64,000 bases of DNA from Balanoglossus misakiensis (lineage: Eukaryota; Animalia; Hemichordata): NCBI GenBank assembly GCA_040954595.2, contig CM082595.2:5420137-5484136 (forward strand), given 5' to 3'. A program made the translations under genes and the position numbers. How positions within the stretch are numbered: position 1 is the first letter of the stretch; each line of letters begins with the position of its first letter. Below the pieces are notes generated by a model, which had not been told where the DNA came from, made no database searches, and saw only the letters and a list, made by a program, of their open reading frames with translations. This document shows positions 12,564-26,509 of the stretch, in pieces.

Positions 12564-15450
12564 ATTTGGTAGACCTCCAGAAAAAATAACATAAAGAATA
12601 CAATTCCCTTAAAGGCTTTTTTGCAGAAACTGTATAGCACAAACAGGACATAAGTTAAATACGCATAGTTTCAAGTATTAAGATATCCATGACTCCAGCT
12701 CCATCTGAATGCAAGGTAAAATCACCCCCTTATATACCCTAGTCATGTTTTAGATAATAAACCCGTGATGATTTATTTTCTATCACGAAAGTATATAAGA
12801 TGACAGGTAAGTTATATTTGCACGCCCAAAATAGCCGATTCACAACAATGACCTATTCACGATGATCACGACGTGTTCTTAGAAGCAGAATGGATAAAGA
12901 ACACAGCTTTTGTTATTTTTTGGATTCATATTGTCACTTTGATGAAATTTTAAGATTACCGCGTGCATAATAAATTATTAATGGATATCTGGAAATATTA
13001 ATAATTAGTCGATGGCAGTTAATCATGGAGCAAAACTCCAATTGTCGAGTATTTCAAATTGGTAAAAAAGTAATCACCTTGCTGAAATTAATTTTAGGAT
13101 CTTCTAGATATTGTGAAAAGACTACCATTACACAAGTAGGCCTTCTTAACCCCGCAAATTATAAAACGTCCTTCACAATGTGACTCGTCGCGAGAGGTTG
13201 GAAGAGATAAACTGGTAGAAATGTGTTGTCATCACCATGGCAAGTAAGAAACAACTTATAGATTTTATTACTTGCTTGTCAGAATTTAATCTCACTTAAG
13301 CAAAAAGTGAGGATGTGGGTGGTGTTTAAGCAGCCACTTGTACAAACGTGAACAAGGTTACATGTATCCCCTATTCATATCTGTGTCATATATACTTCCC
13401 TTGTATGGAAGCAAAAAAACAAACCTTCATGTTGAAGATTAAATTTAATAAGCATACAAAAATTAGAGCAGTATTTTTGTGATAATTTAATTTGTCTACT
13501 ATATACCAACTATGTATTTATTTGGAAATTTGTTATCTACATACTGTGCTCTTATCTCGCGCCCGTATTCCATTTGGATTTACTCACTTGTCAATTAGAC
13601 CTCTACATTGCCGAGTTAATATTTTTAAAAGTTTTTCCTCATTAAACATGTATGGACATTTTCCATGAAATTGTGAAGAGCGTTTAATGATTTAATAAGT
13701 TCAAAGGTGACATTCTGACTGCAGTTTTCAGACAGTATTTTACGTAGTTTCCTTCTTTTTACATTACGATTTTTTTTCTCGTTTAATTATCGCATATATT
13801 TAAAAACAGCTTATAAAAACAGTCAATAAGCGTTACCACAGACTTTAATGTAATTAATTCCATGCCTTTTCTGGTCTGCGTGTATAGATAACCACACGCA
13901 TCATTTTGTGAAAATATTAAGGTCACCCCTTTGTTGAATCCTTCGAGGAAATATGCAAATGCAGATATTCCTCAAATTAAAGCATGTAACCATTGAATTC
14001 TGAAGGTTAATTACGCCGACTGAACACACCCTTGCTAAACAGTGACGTGTTACAAAGAGGTAAATTGCTTATCCATGAATACATTGAAAGATCAACCTTT
14101 GGAAATTCCATGGGAGCCTTAATTGCCTGGTTGAATTCAGATTTCGGGGATGATAATTGAACACGGTCCTGGCATGTCACTGTGATCCGGAAACAGACGA
14201 ACCGAAGTTAACGTTGCAGAGAAAATTACAATACCAAATCAAGATGTCAACTCGGAAACATAAAACTAACTTTCATGGGACTGCAGGAAATGATGAATGG
14301 AATTTCGACAGAAAATATAGCTGGGAGAGACATTCTTTCGCATTACATCAGCGTTGTATCCTTTTAGACTTCGCTTGTCACCTTTGTATGCAAGTCCCTT
14401 CGGCACAGGAGGTGTACTCCCACAGCGTTTTCAAATTGCTCGCCAAACTGTCGCCAGCTGAACAGAATCAAATATAACTTCAGCGAACAACAGAAGGAAA
14501 TGTTAGAACCTTACGGAGAGTACTCGTTGTCAGTACAAACATGTACTGCAGGTTCATCATATACATGACCAACTTCTAATCTAATAACCAAGTCAAGTGC
14601 GATGTCCTTTCAGAAGTTGCAATTTCGCGCAATGATTTCTGGGTACGAGTTCAAATGGAGTTCAAATATGTAGGTTAAAAAACGAGGTCAAATAATAACA
14701 AGAACAATCACATCGTCTCAAAACTTGTGAAGCAAATTTCCAAACACCTTGAAGTCTCGACGATAACCAACCAAATTTAATCTAAATGCCTGATGTGCTT
14801 TGGCACGGTGATTTGATAATATCAAAATGGGAATTATAATTTCTTGCATTGTTCCAGTTGACCACCGTGTTTACGGAGTAATGAACGTGAACAACAGAAG
14901 ATGACTTTGCACTTGGCTTTGACCTGAAATATCATTGTGACACACCATCTATTATTAATGCGAGGGTTTGCTTGAAGTTCATGCCCCAAGGTGTGACAGA
15001 AATTCGCGTTTTATCACTTCGCCCACTTGGATCGATGACACGCGCAAGAAAAGGTCGACGCGCAGTGATAATAGCTGAGTGATCCGCCCTACATGTAAGA
15101 CGGTCTTTCGCATCATAGTGGTGGAAGCTAGTGCCTTGATTTAACGGACTTTTGTAGGAAACCTCATGTTAGGCAACAGTGAAGCAGAGCTGCATCCCTG
15201 GTGATAGTGCCACACAGCATATTGTTTTCAAGAGGTGGGTCATTGCAGAAAAGGTAGGTAGTCGAAACTTGCCTGTTCTATTTCTTCTCCAATCCTTTAC
15301 CGCTAGAAAAACGAGTAATCAGAGTTCTCCTCAATACATAAACGTGTAGCATCGCTCTTCATCAAAAGTTTAAATAAGGCCTTTTTATTTGTAACGAGAG
15401 ATGTGTCAACCTCACGGAGACAATACATATTCCTATCAAAGCATTTACAT

Positions 15451-15800
15451 TAACTGCTACAATGTTCATCATTGCGAACAATATGGTTGTTACTTTGTAT
15501 TACACTGTAGCGTAACTGCTACAATGTACATCACTGCAAACAATGTGATTGTTACTTTGTATTCCACTGTAGCATAACTGCTACAATGTACATCATTGCA
15601 AACAATGTGATTGTTACTTTGTATTACACTGTAGCATAACTGCTACAATGTACATCAAGGCAAATAATGCTCGCTACATTTTATCACGTTTCCAAGTATC
15701 ATAACACGTATCGTTTGACAGGGTCTCCTTGAACAGTGGGAACTAGGCAGATGTTGTGTTTATAAACACGAGAAAAATGGCACATGTGCACTTAGACTAT
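15451..15800. repeat. Second copy of the 62-bp-array element
   Basis: Units start at 15451, 15513, 15575 and 15637. The flank TTTATCAC.TTTCCAA..AACAGTGGG..GCAGAT..TGTGTTTATAAACA is homologous to 9599-9720. Confidence 0.85.
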
Positions 15801-18238
15801 CTACTCCCTCTATGCTTGGTTTCCATTGAAGTGAGCACACCCCGTGTATTTCCTACTGTTCACAGCTACAATAGTAGCCCGGGTAGTTTCGGATTACTAT
15901 CAATACTCATATCCGTTCGCTGCAGAGTGACTTCTAGTTGTGTTTACGCGTACCTGTATATGTGCACGTTTTTAAAACATTTACCAAGCTTTCAAGACTG
16001 ACTTGTTAGTAACGCATGCACAAATAGACGCTGGCTGTTTAAATAAAAATGAGGAAAGCAGCAATAAACGTCATGTTAAATCATTTAAAATCATTCTATC
16101 GCACAATTGCCACCGGTGTGTGTCAAAGAGATACATTTCCCTTTAATATATGTCAATATATATTGAATGAATTTGTTTAAGTCTATTCAACGACTATGCA
16201 TGTCTGTAACCAGCCGTGAGCGGTCCATGTAAACATTCAGGTAGGTCAGAAAAAAGCAATGACCACATATCCCGCAAAACTACAACTGTTGAATCTGTTG
16301 GTTCAAATTAAGATTTGGATATTTGTTTTATACCCCAATTTTTTTTCTGTGTTAACTATTATATATAATAGTGTGTAAAATTATATAATAATGATTGTTC
16401 CTGTTTCTCAAGACTTTTCTCTTACATCCTTTATGATATTTATATACTTACATTTGTGTTTTATAGCTCACGTTTTTATGTAATCTAATTGGGTTCGTGT
16501 ACAGTTAGTCAGTAAAATATAGGGGGTCAATGCTCTAATTACCATCATTTATCAAAACTACCATCTGTGGATTCTATAGAGTCGTTGGCTTTGATGAACA
16601 ATGAACATAATATATTAAACAAAATGGCGCCATATCACGCAAGGACTGAGTGCCAATTGATAGACTAATATCATGGTAATTAAATACAATACATTACGTG
16701 ACGCATTTGAATCACTGTGGATTCGTTCAAGACACTTCATCGGGTATTTCTTGCGCTTATCAATTGTTTAATTAAATACTGTAGACTAACATACATCGGT
16801 TACGCAGTCAGAAACTTATTCCTCATACCTGCATAACTCGTCCTACATTAGGTAGAATTCAGCGGTGACAGTATTTACATGGGTGGACACGTATGCCCTT
16901 AGCACTTAAGCTTTCATATCAATATTGAATATACTTGAATATATAATATTTAAATCTAATTAACGAGACCTACAACCTTATTTACTGATTACGGATGATT
17001 ACCATAACCCTTTATACAAATAACAATGTTTACCATTTTCTGGACATGATTGCAGGCTGCTTTATGGGAGTACTCACAACTCACAATTTACTTGTGAAAG
17101 GTGGATACAAACGGCATTATATTTTCATACAGACGCGCATGTTTATACCCTTTTCTCAGTGAAACTGAGAATTCCAGATACCCTACCAAGACAGGGAGGG
17201 TTGCCATTTCGAGGAGAGGGGCGATCATTCACCCCACTACTTGTAACAGCTGTAGCTCCCCTATGTCTCGTTTTTTTGTCTGCAACTGTCTAAGCGCGCT
17301 TTGCCCAATAATTTTTAATTAAAAAACGACCGAGATTCTTGTCCATTAGATGTGCAAAGAACGCCGCGACGTTTAGGGACCGCAACCAATATATTATGAC
17401 ATTTAAAAGCTTTTCTTATGCAAATTGCTGCCACCACTTGATAACCAGGACGTTCAAAAGCTGTCAGAACCTCTTTGTATCATGTGTATAACCGAACGCA
17501 TTAAAACTCACAAACCTTTCGGCAAAAGATGCACATAAAACCTAACGACAACAGCTCTTGAAGGTACGCTAATGATTATCGCGTTGGCGTAGACAGCCCA
17601 TACAAACCAAAATTAACCGTGTGATTTATTGTGTATGAGAAGCTGACATATTTTGACATATTAACTGTACACTTTTGTGCGGTAACAATTGCATTGGCGA
17701 TCATATAGCGATGATGAAATGTTATGTGGCCTTTTCATAAAACCATAATGAATCAGACGGCTTTGTTGGCCTTTACCGCAGATGGGGTGAGGATTAATTC
17801 ATAATTCATATTCATTGTGATGGAAACCTAAGAATGTGAACTTATAATAGATATATAGTCGGAATTAACAAAGTGAATCACTGGTGGTATAGATTTGTGT
17901 TCGATGTTAATTCATCGGCTAAGATAGACTTCGCTGATAATTAAAAAGCGGCTAATTTCAGTACCAATAATCGCAACAGTCGATGCTTATTTGGCCATTC
18001 AATGATTCATAGAAGTTGTTCTCAGAAGAAACTGAACGAAAGTTCCGTATTCAGAGTGTTGTAGAGTCAGCCATGTATATAATTAACTTACACTCGATAT
18101 AATTGCATTAGCCTAATGGTTCATGCAGTATATATGTCACGAAAGTAGGCGACATGTCATGAGCTAATTATTAATCTGTGCGCATAATGCAAGTCATTGT
18201 GAGCGTTATTCCACCGTTCTGATTTCATCATTTCAGAA

Positions 18239-19453
18239 ATGGTCGCCCTGGCAGTTTTGTACATGATCGTGTGTCTGACTGGAATCGTTGGCAATGGGGT
18301 TGCGCTGGCAGTGTACGTCAGAAAGACGAAAAGACCGACGCCTCAGTGTTTTATCATCGGCTTGGCCTTCATCGATCTCTTCGTGTGCCTCGTCATCATG
18401 CCGTACGGAATCGTGGCCATGCTGTACCCGTCGTTTCTGATCCTCGAACTGTGCAAGTTGATGTCCTGGCTATGGCACGCCAGCATCAGCAGTTCCATCT
18501 TCATCACGGCTGGCATCGCCGTCGACAGGTACTTCGCCGTCTGCAGGCCGCTGACTTTCCGAGTAAGCCCGCCCTATGCCCGGGTGATTGTCTTCTCATC
18601 GATGGCAGTCTCTCTCATTTTGAGCTTTCCCGTTATCTTTCTGTTCGGCATCGCGCAGACTGTCGACATCATTCAGCTGAACACCACCAGTTACTCAACG
18701 CAGTGCACGGTGGTCAACCCGGGCTACGCTGCCATCAATGTCATGTCGGCCGTTATATTCACCGTGCTAGTAGCAGTTGTCACCATAGCCTACGGCAGTG
18801 TTTATACAAGGCTTCGGAGGAGAGCAAGGGTCGGGGTCTCAGTTGAACCCGGCAGCCTAGAGTACATATCATCCGCTTCACTTGGTCGTAACACCGACAA
18901 AGGATCTGTGAATGAACCCCCACAACGCGTGCAGGATGCTTGGAAGTCACACCAAACAAGTGACGCGGGAGATGTGGGATTGAAAACTGCGGGCAGAAAC
19001 ACCGACATCCAACCGGACACAGCCAACATTGCACATATCAGTCAAAATCTCTGGTGTGCCGTACAGGTAACGCTGTACAAGACAAAGTCAGAAGGCACCG
19101 ACCATGGAAACGTTAATCATGGACCGCGCAACGCTAACCCGGCAAACTTGTCAACCGTCTCGCGGAAATCTCTCGACGACGTGAAGAGCAGAACAACTAA
19201 AATGCTCCTGTTAGTAACGATAACGTTTATTGTAACGTGGATGCCTTACTGGGTGCTCGTCTTCTTGCCCACCTCCTTTTGGGAATCAAGATCGACGACA
19301 GAATTACAAATTTACAGCCTTCTGAAGTACTTGTACGTCATCAACAACGCCATAAACCCGATAATTTACAGCTTTGTCAACAAAAACTTTCGTCAGGATT
19401 CATTAGCCTTATTTATCACATGCTTCAATAACAGCAGATGTAATGCGAAATGA
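18239..19453 (+). CDS. Class A (rhodopsin-like) GPCR, peptide/orphan receptor type; the N-terminus may lie in an unidentified upstream exon
   Basis: Seven hydrophobic segments with GN (TM1), LAFID (TM2), DRY (TM3), WMPY (TM6) and NPIIY (TM7), and a long third intracellular loop. A splice acceptor TTTCAG ends at 18236, just before the ATG. Confidence 0.93.
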   Translation: MVALAVLYMIVCLTGIVGNGVALAVYVRKTKRPTPQCFIIGLAFIDLFVCLVIMPYGIVAMLYPSFLILELCKLMSWLWHASISSSIFITAGIAVDRYFAVCRPLTFRVSPPYARVIVFSSMAVSLILSFPVIFLFGIAQTVDIIQLNTTSYSTQCTVVNPGYAAINVMSAVIFTVLVAVVTIAYGSVYTRLRRRARVGVSVEPGSLEYISSASLGRNTDKGSVNEPPQRVQDAWKSHQTSDAGDVGLKTAGRNTDIQPDTANIAHISQNLWCAVQVTLYKTKSEGTDHGNVNHGPRNANPANLSTVSRKSLDDVKSRTTKMLLLVTITFIVTWMPYWVLVFLPTSFWESRSTTELQIYSLLKYLYVINNAINPIIYSFVNKNFRQDSLALFITCFNNSRCNAK

Positions 19454-21365
19454 CCCCATGAGATGTTAAGCAATATAATATCTGACATACTCAATTTAAT
19501 TTGACACCTTGTACAAAAACACTGTAACCAGCAGAAGGCACAACAGCTATAGTTTGCAGTTTACAGGAAAAGTTTCATTATTATTTCATTATAGAATCGT
19601 TTTCATGTACTTTTCATTAACATTAACAATATAATAAACATGTGAATAATATATACAAAATATGAAAAAATTAATAATCTATACCTACACGAACACAATA
19701 CGAAGGAAATTGATCAATTACAACAAGATCTTGACAGATATCCAGAACAACATCATTAAAGCTACATGTGATAACATCAGTTTTATCTGCACTCTGTATT
19801 ACTTTCAGTGTTTGATGGATGAAGTGAAAATTAATTCTGAATTGAAAATAATCTCTTCCAATCTCCTCTGGGGGATGCGATATCATGACAAAATCATTTA
19901 TCAGTTGCAATTGAATTTGGCATTCAGTTAGAGCACAGTGACAAGGCATTATCCTAGTTCTCGTGGATTCAAAACATCCACAAGAATCCATGTAAACAGC
20001 GTTTCATTTTTTGGCTCCTACAGGTGTACAACCAAGCGCTTGTCACAACATTTCACTGCAAATGTATCTGCAATTAAATTTGGTGTCATGCGCTATTGTG
20101 TCAACGGTTATGAAATAAGCGAGATCAATCAAACGCGGATATTAAATAATTCAAGACATCAACCCATATATACTCAATAGAATGACCATTGTTAGGATTT
20201 TACGTAATATTCCATATGTTTCATAAACCTCTCTCTTTGAAATCCTCGATAGCTCTTTTTCTTTGTTTACAACAAAAGTAGTCCGGGCGTGCGTATTGTT
20301 CACATGTTGAATTATAGTCTGGTGGAAATTGATTTGTTGAAGTCATCCATTTGCAGTATCACATCACATTACACAAAAGCTAGGACTATGAATGGTATAT
20401 GAAAAAGTCACCCTATGTTGAAACCTCGAGAGAATGTATACTTTGAGCGGACAAGAGCTGGTAGGTGTATGTGTGCGACCAGTTGTTTCTTAAAGTTCTA
20501 TACAAACTGTGTATTGTTTACCCATGAAAAAAATGAGTAAGGCAATCTTTAGGAATGCCCTGAAATGCCACTGTAATGAACCCCAAGTTGCACCTGACCG
20601 AGATGTTGTCACCCGATAAAGCATTCAAGCTCCCAGAGGTATATTTCCCTAGGGAAATATGCAAGTAATTTCTTATAAAAAAACAATCTCATTAATTTCT
20701 TCTACGGACCACATTCGCTATGATGAGTTTTCTGTCTCATTCAATTGCAATAACATCATGAATAATTAATGTGCATTCAGCCTGTCTTAATTAACACGCA
20801 AGTTCCCCTTGTTATTTTTCATGCCATTTATTTTCACATATACCGAATGTGTCTTCATTAAAGCATATGCTTGGTTTCGGATGGATGAATTCGCATTTCC
20901 CCAAAGCCTCTGTGTAGAGCTGTGTCGTGAGAATGGTTTTGACTAGTTAGTTCTTGTCAAAAGCTTTGATCAGAGTTTCTGCATCCCATCTACAAATAGA
21001 AAGTGCAGCGCTCCTATTAAAAAGACAGTAAACTGGATTGTTCCAGATACCATAAGTGACTTCGTGACAGTATAATTGAATGGCTGTCACATATAGTCAC
21101 GTCTGCGTTTAGTTCTCACATTTACCCTATTTCTACACCATCTACAAAGGTTCATATTGTGTCGATATATGAACGTCATTTCACATGAAATGAGAACATA
21201 TTCTGTGTTAGTTCAGACAAGCTAGTTTAAACCAGTTGTTTCTGAAATACATTTGTTCTTTCGCAGTAGGCAGGACAAGCTATCCTAAGAGGTAAGCAAA
21301 ACCAAGCTGAATACACATTTTGAATTTGGTGTTAATCAGAAATTCTGATATTACAGTAAGGACAC

Positions 21366-24300
21366 TTAACGTGGCATCAAATCCACAGAATAAGGAATGC
21401 AGCCCTTCATATTCGACAGGTCTGGCACCCTCTTCTTCTCATCCTCCGAGAAGGCGATCACTTTCTCGTCAAAGACCTCGTCAGAACCAAACATGGTGTC
21501 ATCGAACTGTACGCCAGGTTCCAAATTCAACTGAAGACAGGACAAATGCACACATTTAGTACAGAACAGGTTTGGCTGTTCTTGCATACACTTGGACAGG
21601 TTGACTTTCGACAATACTTAACATGCATACCCATGGAACATCAGGTAGAGTCGGTATTGTGTAAAATGATCAGTCTATATTCAGTCAAGCTAAACAGTAA
21701 CCATTTGTATTATTCCCTTCTTTTGTGTCATTACCATTCCATACATGTTTTACTAAATGTGTTATTGTTTGTTTAAGAACCCAATTGAATATAGGTTTAT
21801 CTGTTTACATTCTAAGGTCAACTTATCAAGTTAGCCCCTTGTAAATAATCAAACCCTGGATATTACTAGTATCACAGTGCAGTCTACTCTCATGCTAAAT
21901 CTAACGTTTGCACATTTGAAGGGGTCATCAAACCCTATGTTATGTATATGAAGATAATACCTTTTAGTTGCATTCAAAGGAATGGCATTTTAGAAAGCAA
22001 CCTGACTTACATTAACATGTAAATGAACTACGAAAAAGATGTCAAGAATTAATCTGAATTCACTCACAGTTTTATTGAGGAAGTTCTTTAACTTGTTGTG
22101 CCTCATTTCCGGGTTGACGTCCAAAAGTGGTGGGACGTCGAACCTGAGCACCAGAGACTCGGCGAGATTCATCTGGCTGACAAACTTGCCGTCTTCGTAG
22201 AGGGCTATTTTGGGATGAAGGAACGCGTGGCAGGACCCCGCCTCTAAATCAGGGGTGTGGACATAATCGTTGGCGACTGCAATTTTCTCAAACCTGGGAA
22301 AATATAATGTTAAAATTTGAATTAATTTAAATAATAATAAGGTAAAATGAAGATGTTTTGTTTGCCACAGCTGCATTTCCGAATGCATTCAACAGATGGA
22401 TACTAATGCAACGGATGGGCTGTATATGAAACTATGTACCTGGTATTGTTTTGCATTTTTGACAAAGTCGATTTATCTTCGAAATTGTCACTTTTGCTAT
22501 GACAAAGATATGCCACTTTTTGTTTGATGATCGTGTTAGGAAGTTCTGTTCACGAACTGGAGTTGTCAAAATCAGGGACAAAATTTAACTGAACAAAATC
22601 GCACATATCGCTATCGCGCTAACTAATGTCATTTGTGTTGGGATGAAGGGCAGTACTAGTTAATACTTACTCGTCAAACCCATAGGCAAGTCGAACGATC
22701 AACAGGTGTTTATACTTCTTCAGGAATCTGTCACTCTCAAGCACATGCGCTTTTGGAAGGTCTTCGTAGAAATGTGCCTTGACCGTTTCCTGTTTTCCTT
22801 GCTCGAATTCCGGGATTCCAACCACGTGGACCAGGAAATCGTTCATTTGATAAAGACTGTCACTGATGCTGATGCGAGCTATAGCCCGGAGGAAATAAAG
22901 GAGACAATTAAATCAACAAGTGACCCATTTCTCTGGTTGTATGGATAGATATACTCGTCCGTACTTCTTTCGTACACAATGTAGTGGGTCCCTATACATA
23001 AACAATGTAAAATTTGTGTAGAGTTTGACTCAGTAGATGTTATAGTGCTCTCAGGGTGAGAAAACTGAACCACCATATGCCTGCATGGACTCACCGATAA
23101 TTCTGTTCACAATTGCATCCAACGTCACATGAACTTCGTGTACTGGGTAAGGAACGTCGTTGTACTTCTCTTCTATCAACGTGGCCAGCGTGCGAATGTT
23201 GTACCGGAAGCCGTGGATGAAACCGGAAGCGGCCTTTCTATCGATGCACTGCATGCTGGTCCCAATGAAGTACATATCCGGGACTGTGGTCTCCCAGGTA
23301 TTGGAGAGCTGCGGGAATTTCCCGTCGACTTTAGTTGCTGAAAATCAATCAACAATGAAAATTGATCTCCATGTACATTGACAGTCGAATATCAGATAGA
23401 TACCAGAAAGCAAATATTCAAACTGTAGTGTGATTGAATCCTAGCCCTCCAAATAATACAATTTTCTCTGATCGGCAACTACATTATAATAGTTACTATA
23501 TTTTCGTTCCGTTAAATACATTTATGCTGGATTTACCTAAACAATCTGTGAAAATGAACTTTTCTGGCACAGTTAGCATAGTTATAAACGATGAAAATAA
23601 GGATGAAAATGTGGTCAATAGGTCATAGTTCATGACCCTTACATGACGTCACATCCTCATTACTTCCGTTAGTAAAAATTCACCAGGCTGAATTAACATT
23701 ATCTGTCGGCAAGATATACTCATATCTATCTTCTTTTTGAGGTCAACAAAACCCTACCACCAACTGAACCTTACCTGGCTTACAGTCTTCAGCAAACATC
23801 GACAGATTGACATACCGGAAACCAGTGCAGCAAATCACGTGGTCATAGGGAGGGGGGGCGAACCAAAAAGTAGCCTTGCTTCTTTTCCCAGTGGGCGACA
23901 ACATCCTTGAAAACGGTCAGATATTTATCATCTGGTGTCTTTTCCAACGACTGAAGAGGCATGGACAAGTACACGGCCAAGGATTTCAGTTGGTACATGT
24001 CCAGTATGGTGTTGTTAACAGCACGCAAATCACCTGATGATCAATGTTTGATATTATAACAACGATAACACTAGAAATGTCAACGAAACTACAAGTGACG
24101 GTTTAGAAGAATGTACTACTGAATGAAGCAATACGCCACTGATCAAATAAAAAGACAGAAATTTAAATTTACAGACTGAAGTAGCCAAACCTATACTTAC
24201 GTACCTACGAAATGACTATCCCAAGCATGGATAACCTTTCTGTCGCCGAAGATATGCACCAAACCAGCGTGGCCTGCTAGGTTGTTCGCCGTCTCGAAGG

Positions 24301-25800
24301 CACTGTTACCATTACCAATGATACAGACAGACTTGTTTTCATATGTCTCCGGGTTGACGTCATGTTTCCAGTAGGTGTCCATCAGGTCTCGCCCTTTGAT
24401 ATCCTTCGGAATGTTTTCGGCAACGGCGCCAGTGGCGATGAGCATCACCTGGGACTTGTAGACAGCTCCATCGGTGGTGGTTACTGTAAAATTGACGTTT
24501 GGGTCGTTGTCCTTGTTTCTGGCGATTTCTTCAACGCGCGTGTTGTATTTGACGTTGATTTGGAGTTTGGTAGCGAAGTCGTTCAGGTAGCGGACCAGGT
24601 CGTCGGCACTCGGGAAGAGCTCCTTGGAATATTTCGTGAAGAGGAGATCGGGGTCGTCGCTGAGGAGGGAGTTCCAGTCGTGACGCATGTTGAACTCAGG
24701 CTCGGGAAAAAGATTGAACCGTTTGTTTAAAGAGATCAGGGTGCGGTGGCGAGGATTGGTTTTGAAGAACGAACCCGGGACGTCGTTGGCTTCCAGAATA
24801 ATGTACTTACGACCTGAACGTTTCAGGAAATACCCCATCTGAAGACCAGCAGGTCCAGCTCCAATGATAACATATTGATACGTACCTGTTGGATTTGAAC
24901 CGTGAAATGCACGAAAGAATTTTTTAATATCAGTTAATTTTGCTGAAGTCGTAAAAACCAAGTTAATACATAACAGCTGCATTAGTTGTATAACTGGTGT
25001 TATTATAGAGTGTGTAAACCGACTCTCAGTGTTTAAGGTCATGGGCAATGAACTGTGGCATTCGGCCTAGATAATTATTACCACCGCTCAGCGACCATTA
25101 CAGACTTGCATGTCATCACGCACACACCAGGTAGTAAAATTGGTCTGGTGTAGCCTGGACAATTGAAACTACAAATCACAAAATGTACAATACCTCTTTA
25201 AATTGTGGGCGTCGAAAGTCTACATTTTAGGCCGAATGCTGAGTTCAAAACTGTATGTATTTTATTTTCACCACAATACACTCAGGTGTGCATAGGTATG
25301 GTTGGTAAATCAGTGAATTTTTTATGGTGTGCTTTAAAACACAACTTGACCGTCTTAAAGTTTTAACCTTATGAGAGCTGAGTAATGACGTATTTTACTG
25401 TAAGTCGGATAGTAGCAGCAGTTCTGACCTTTCACAACAAAGGTTATATCACATTACCTAAAATATGCCGGAGAACTCTCTGTGAATTTTTGGGGACAGT
25501 TAGTATACTTTCTGAAAGCGACTTCACCATTCATGTGCGCCTGCTTGTGTTTCGTTCTGTGTCGAGGCAGACAAGATGTGCACAATTCATGTAACGCTGC
25601 AGAAGGGGGAGTGGAGGGGCAACCCGTTTCAGTTTAATAGGAGCGTGCTGTACATGTCTGTTATTTAGGGCAGTTTGAAAAGTTTACGCGTATTTACAAC
25701 TGCCAATAATGTATCTATTTTACTTAGGAAGTATGCATACACAACGAAACAGGAAAGATTTGTACAGACCTGGTGCGGTTTCTTCAGTGGAACTGGCCAT
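21366..25800 (-). CDS. FOXRED2-like FAD/NAD(P)H-dependent oxidoreductase, copy A (+1 frameshift in exon 3)
   Basis: Exons 25800-25770, 24885-24205, 24033-23775, 23337-23095, 22878-22671, 22293-22068, 21530-21366. Motifs IIGAGPAGLQ, PRHRTLISLNK, RHDWNSLLSD, IIGNGNSAFETA, GDLRAVNN..LD.YQLKSL and ASGFIHGFRY are FOXRED2-family. Exon 3 is 259 nt versus 258 nt in copy B. Confidence 0.88.
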
Positions 25801-26509
25801 GGTTGCCCGGAGAATAAGTCTGCGGGATACAAGAGCTGCTTAGTGCTGAGCTGAGTGGCGGGCAGTTATAGAGCGAGCGTACCCAAAGTTTTCTCTTATT
25901 TACAGGTCAACCGTTTGAGGCAATGAATACAGAATAGCCTTTTGACCGTACTTGTACAATGAAGTCAGTGGGCCACGGCTGAGTCGCGCCGACTTCAAAA
26001 CGATTGCCGGTTTGCTTTAAGCACAAAGCAATAAATTAACGTTAACAAAAGATGCTATATTGGGCAAACTCTGGCCTCGTGTTCAGAAATACAACACCAC
26101 TCAATAACGACCTTTTAAGGTTTATTATTGTCTTAATGAATTCACAAGCTGTTGAGTCCGCGTCACCCATCGATTTAACCACCACATCCAAATAAAAAAA
26201 ACATTCAAAACAAATTACTATCCATAGTTTCCCTATGAGCAAGCATTTGAAGCAAACTTCTAAAAGCATAGGCCTGTTCGCGTGTTGACATCAATACTGT
26301 TGCTTAGTAATAACAGTATGCGTGTATACAGTCTTGTGTAAACCTACATGTAATATAACTCAGAAATAGCAATATTGATTTATACTTGTAGATAAAATCC
26401 AGGGTAATACATTCAATGTCTGGACACTTAACTGTGCAAGAAATGACAACTGCGTATCCAAATTGTATTGGCAGATTTTGTTTTGGTTCCCTGATTAAAC
26501 CAATGTATT

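Noticed and set aside
14157-14560. 106-aa ORF between the REJ gene and the GPCR
   Set aside because: Non-ATG start, no motif, and no phase-consistent splice to the GPCR.
24886-25048. Hydrophobic in-frame extension upstream of FOXRED2-like copy A exon 2 as a signal peptide
   Set aside because: The ORF has a non-ATG start and the frame is not open in copy B, while both copies share an acceptor and an ATG micro-exon. An internal ATG exists in copy A, so RNA data should still be checked.
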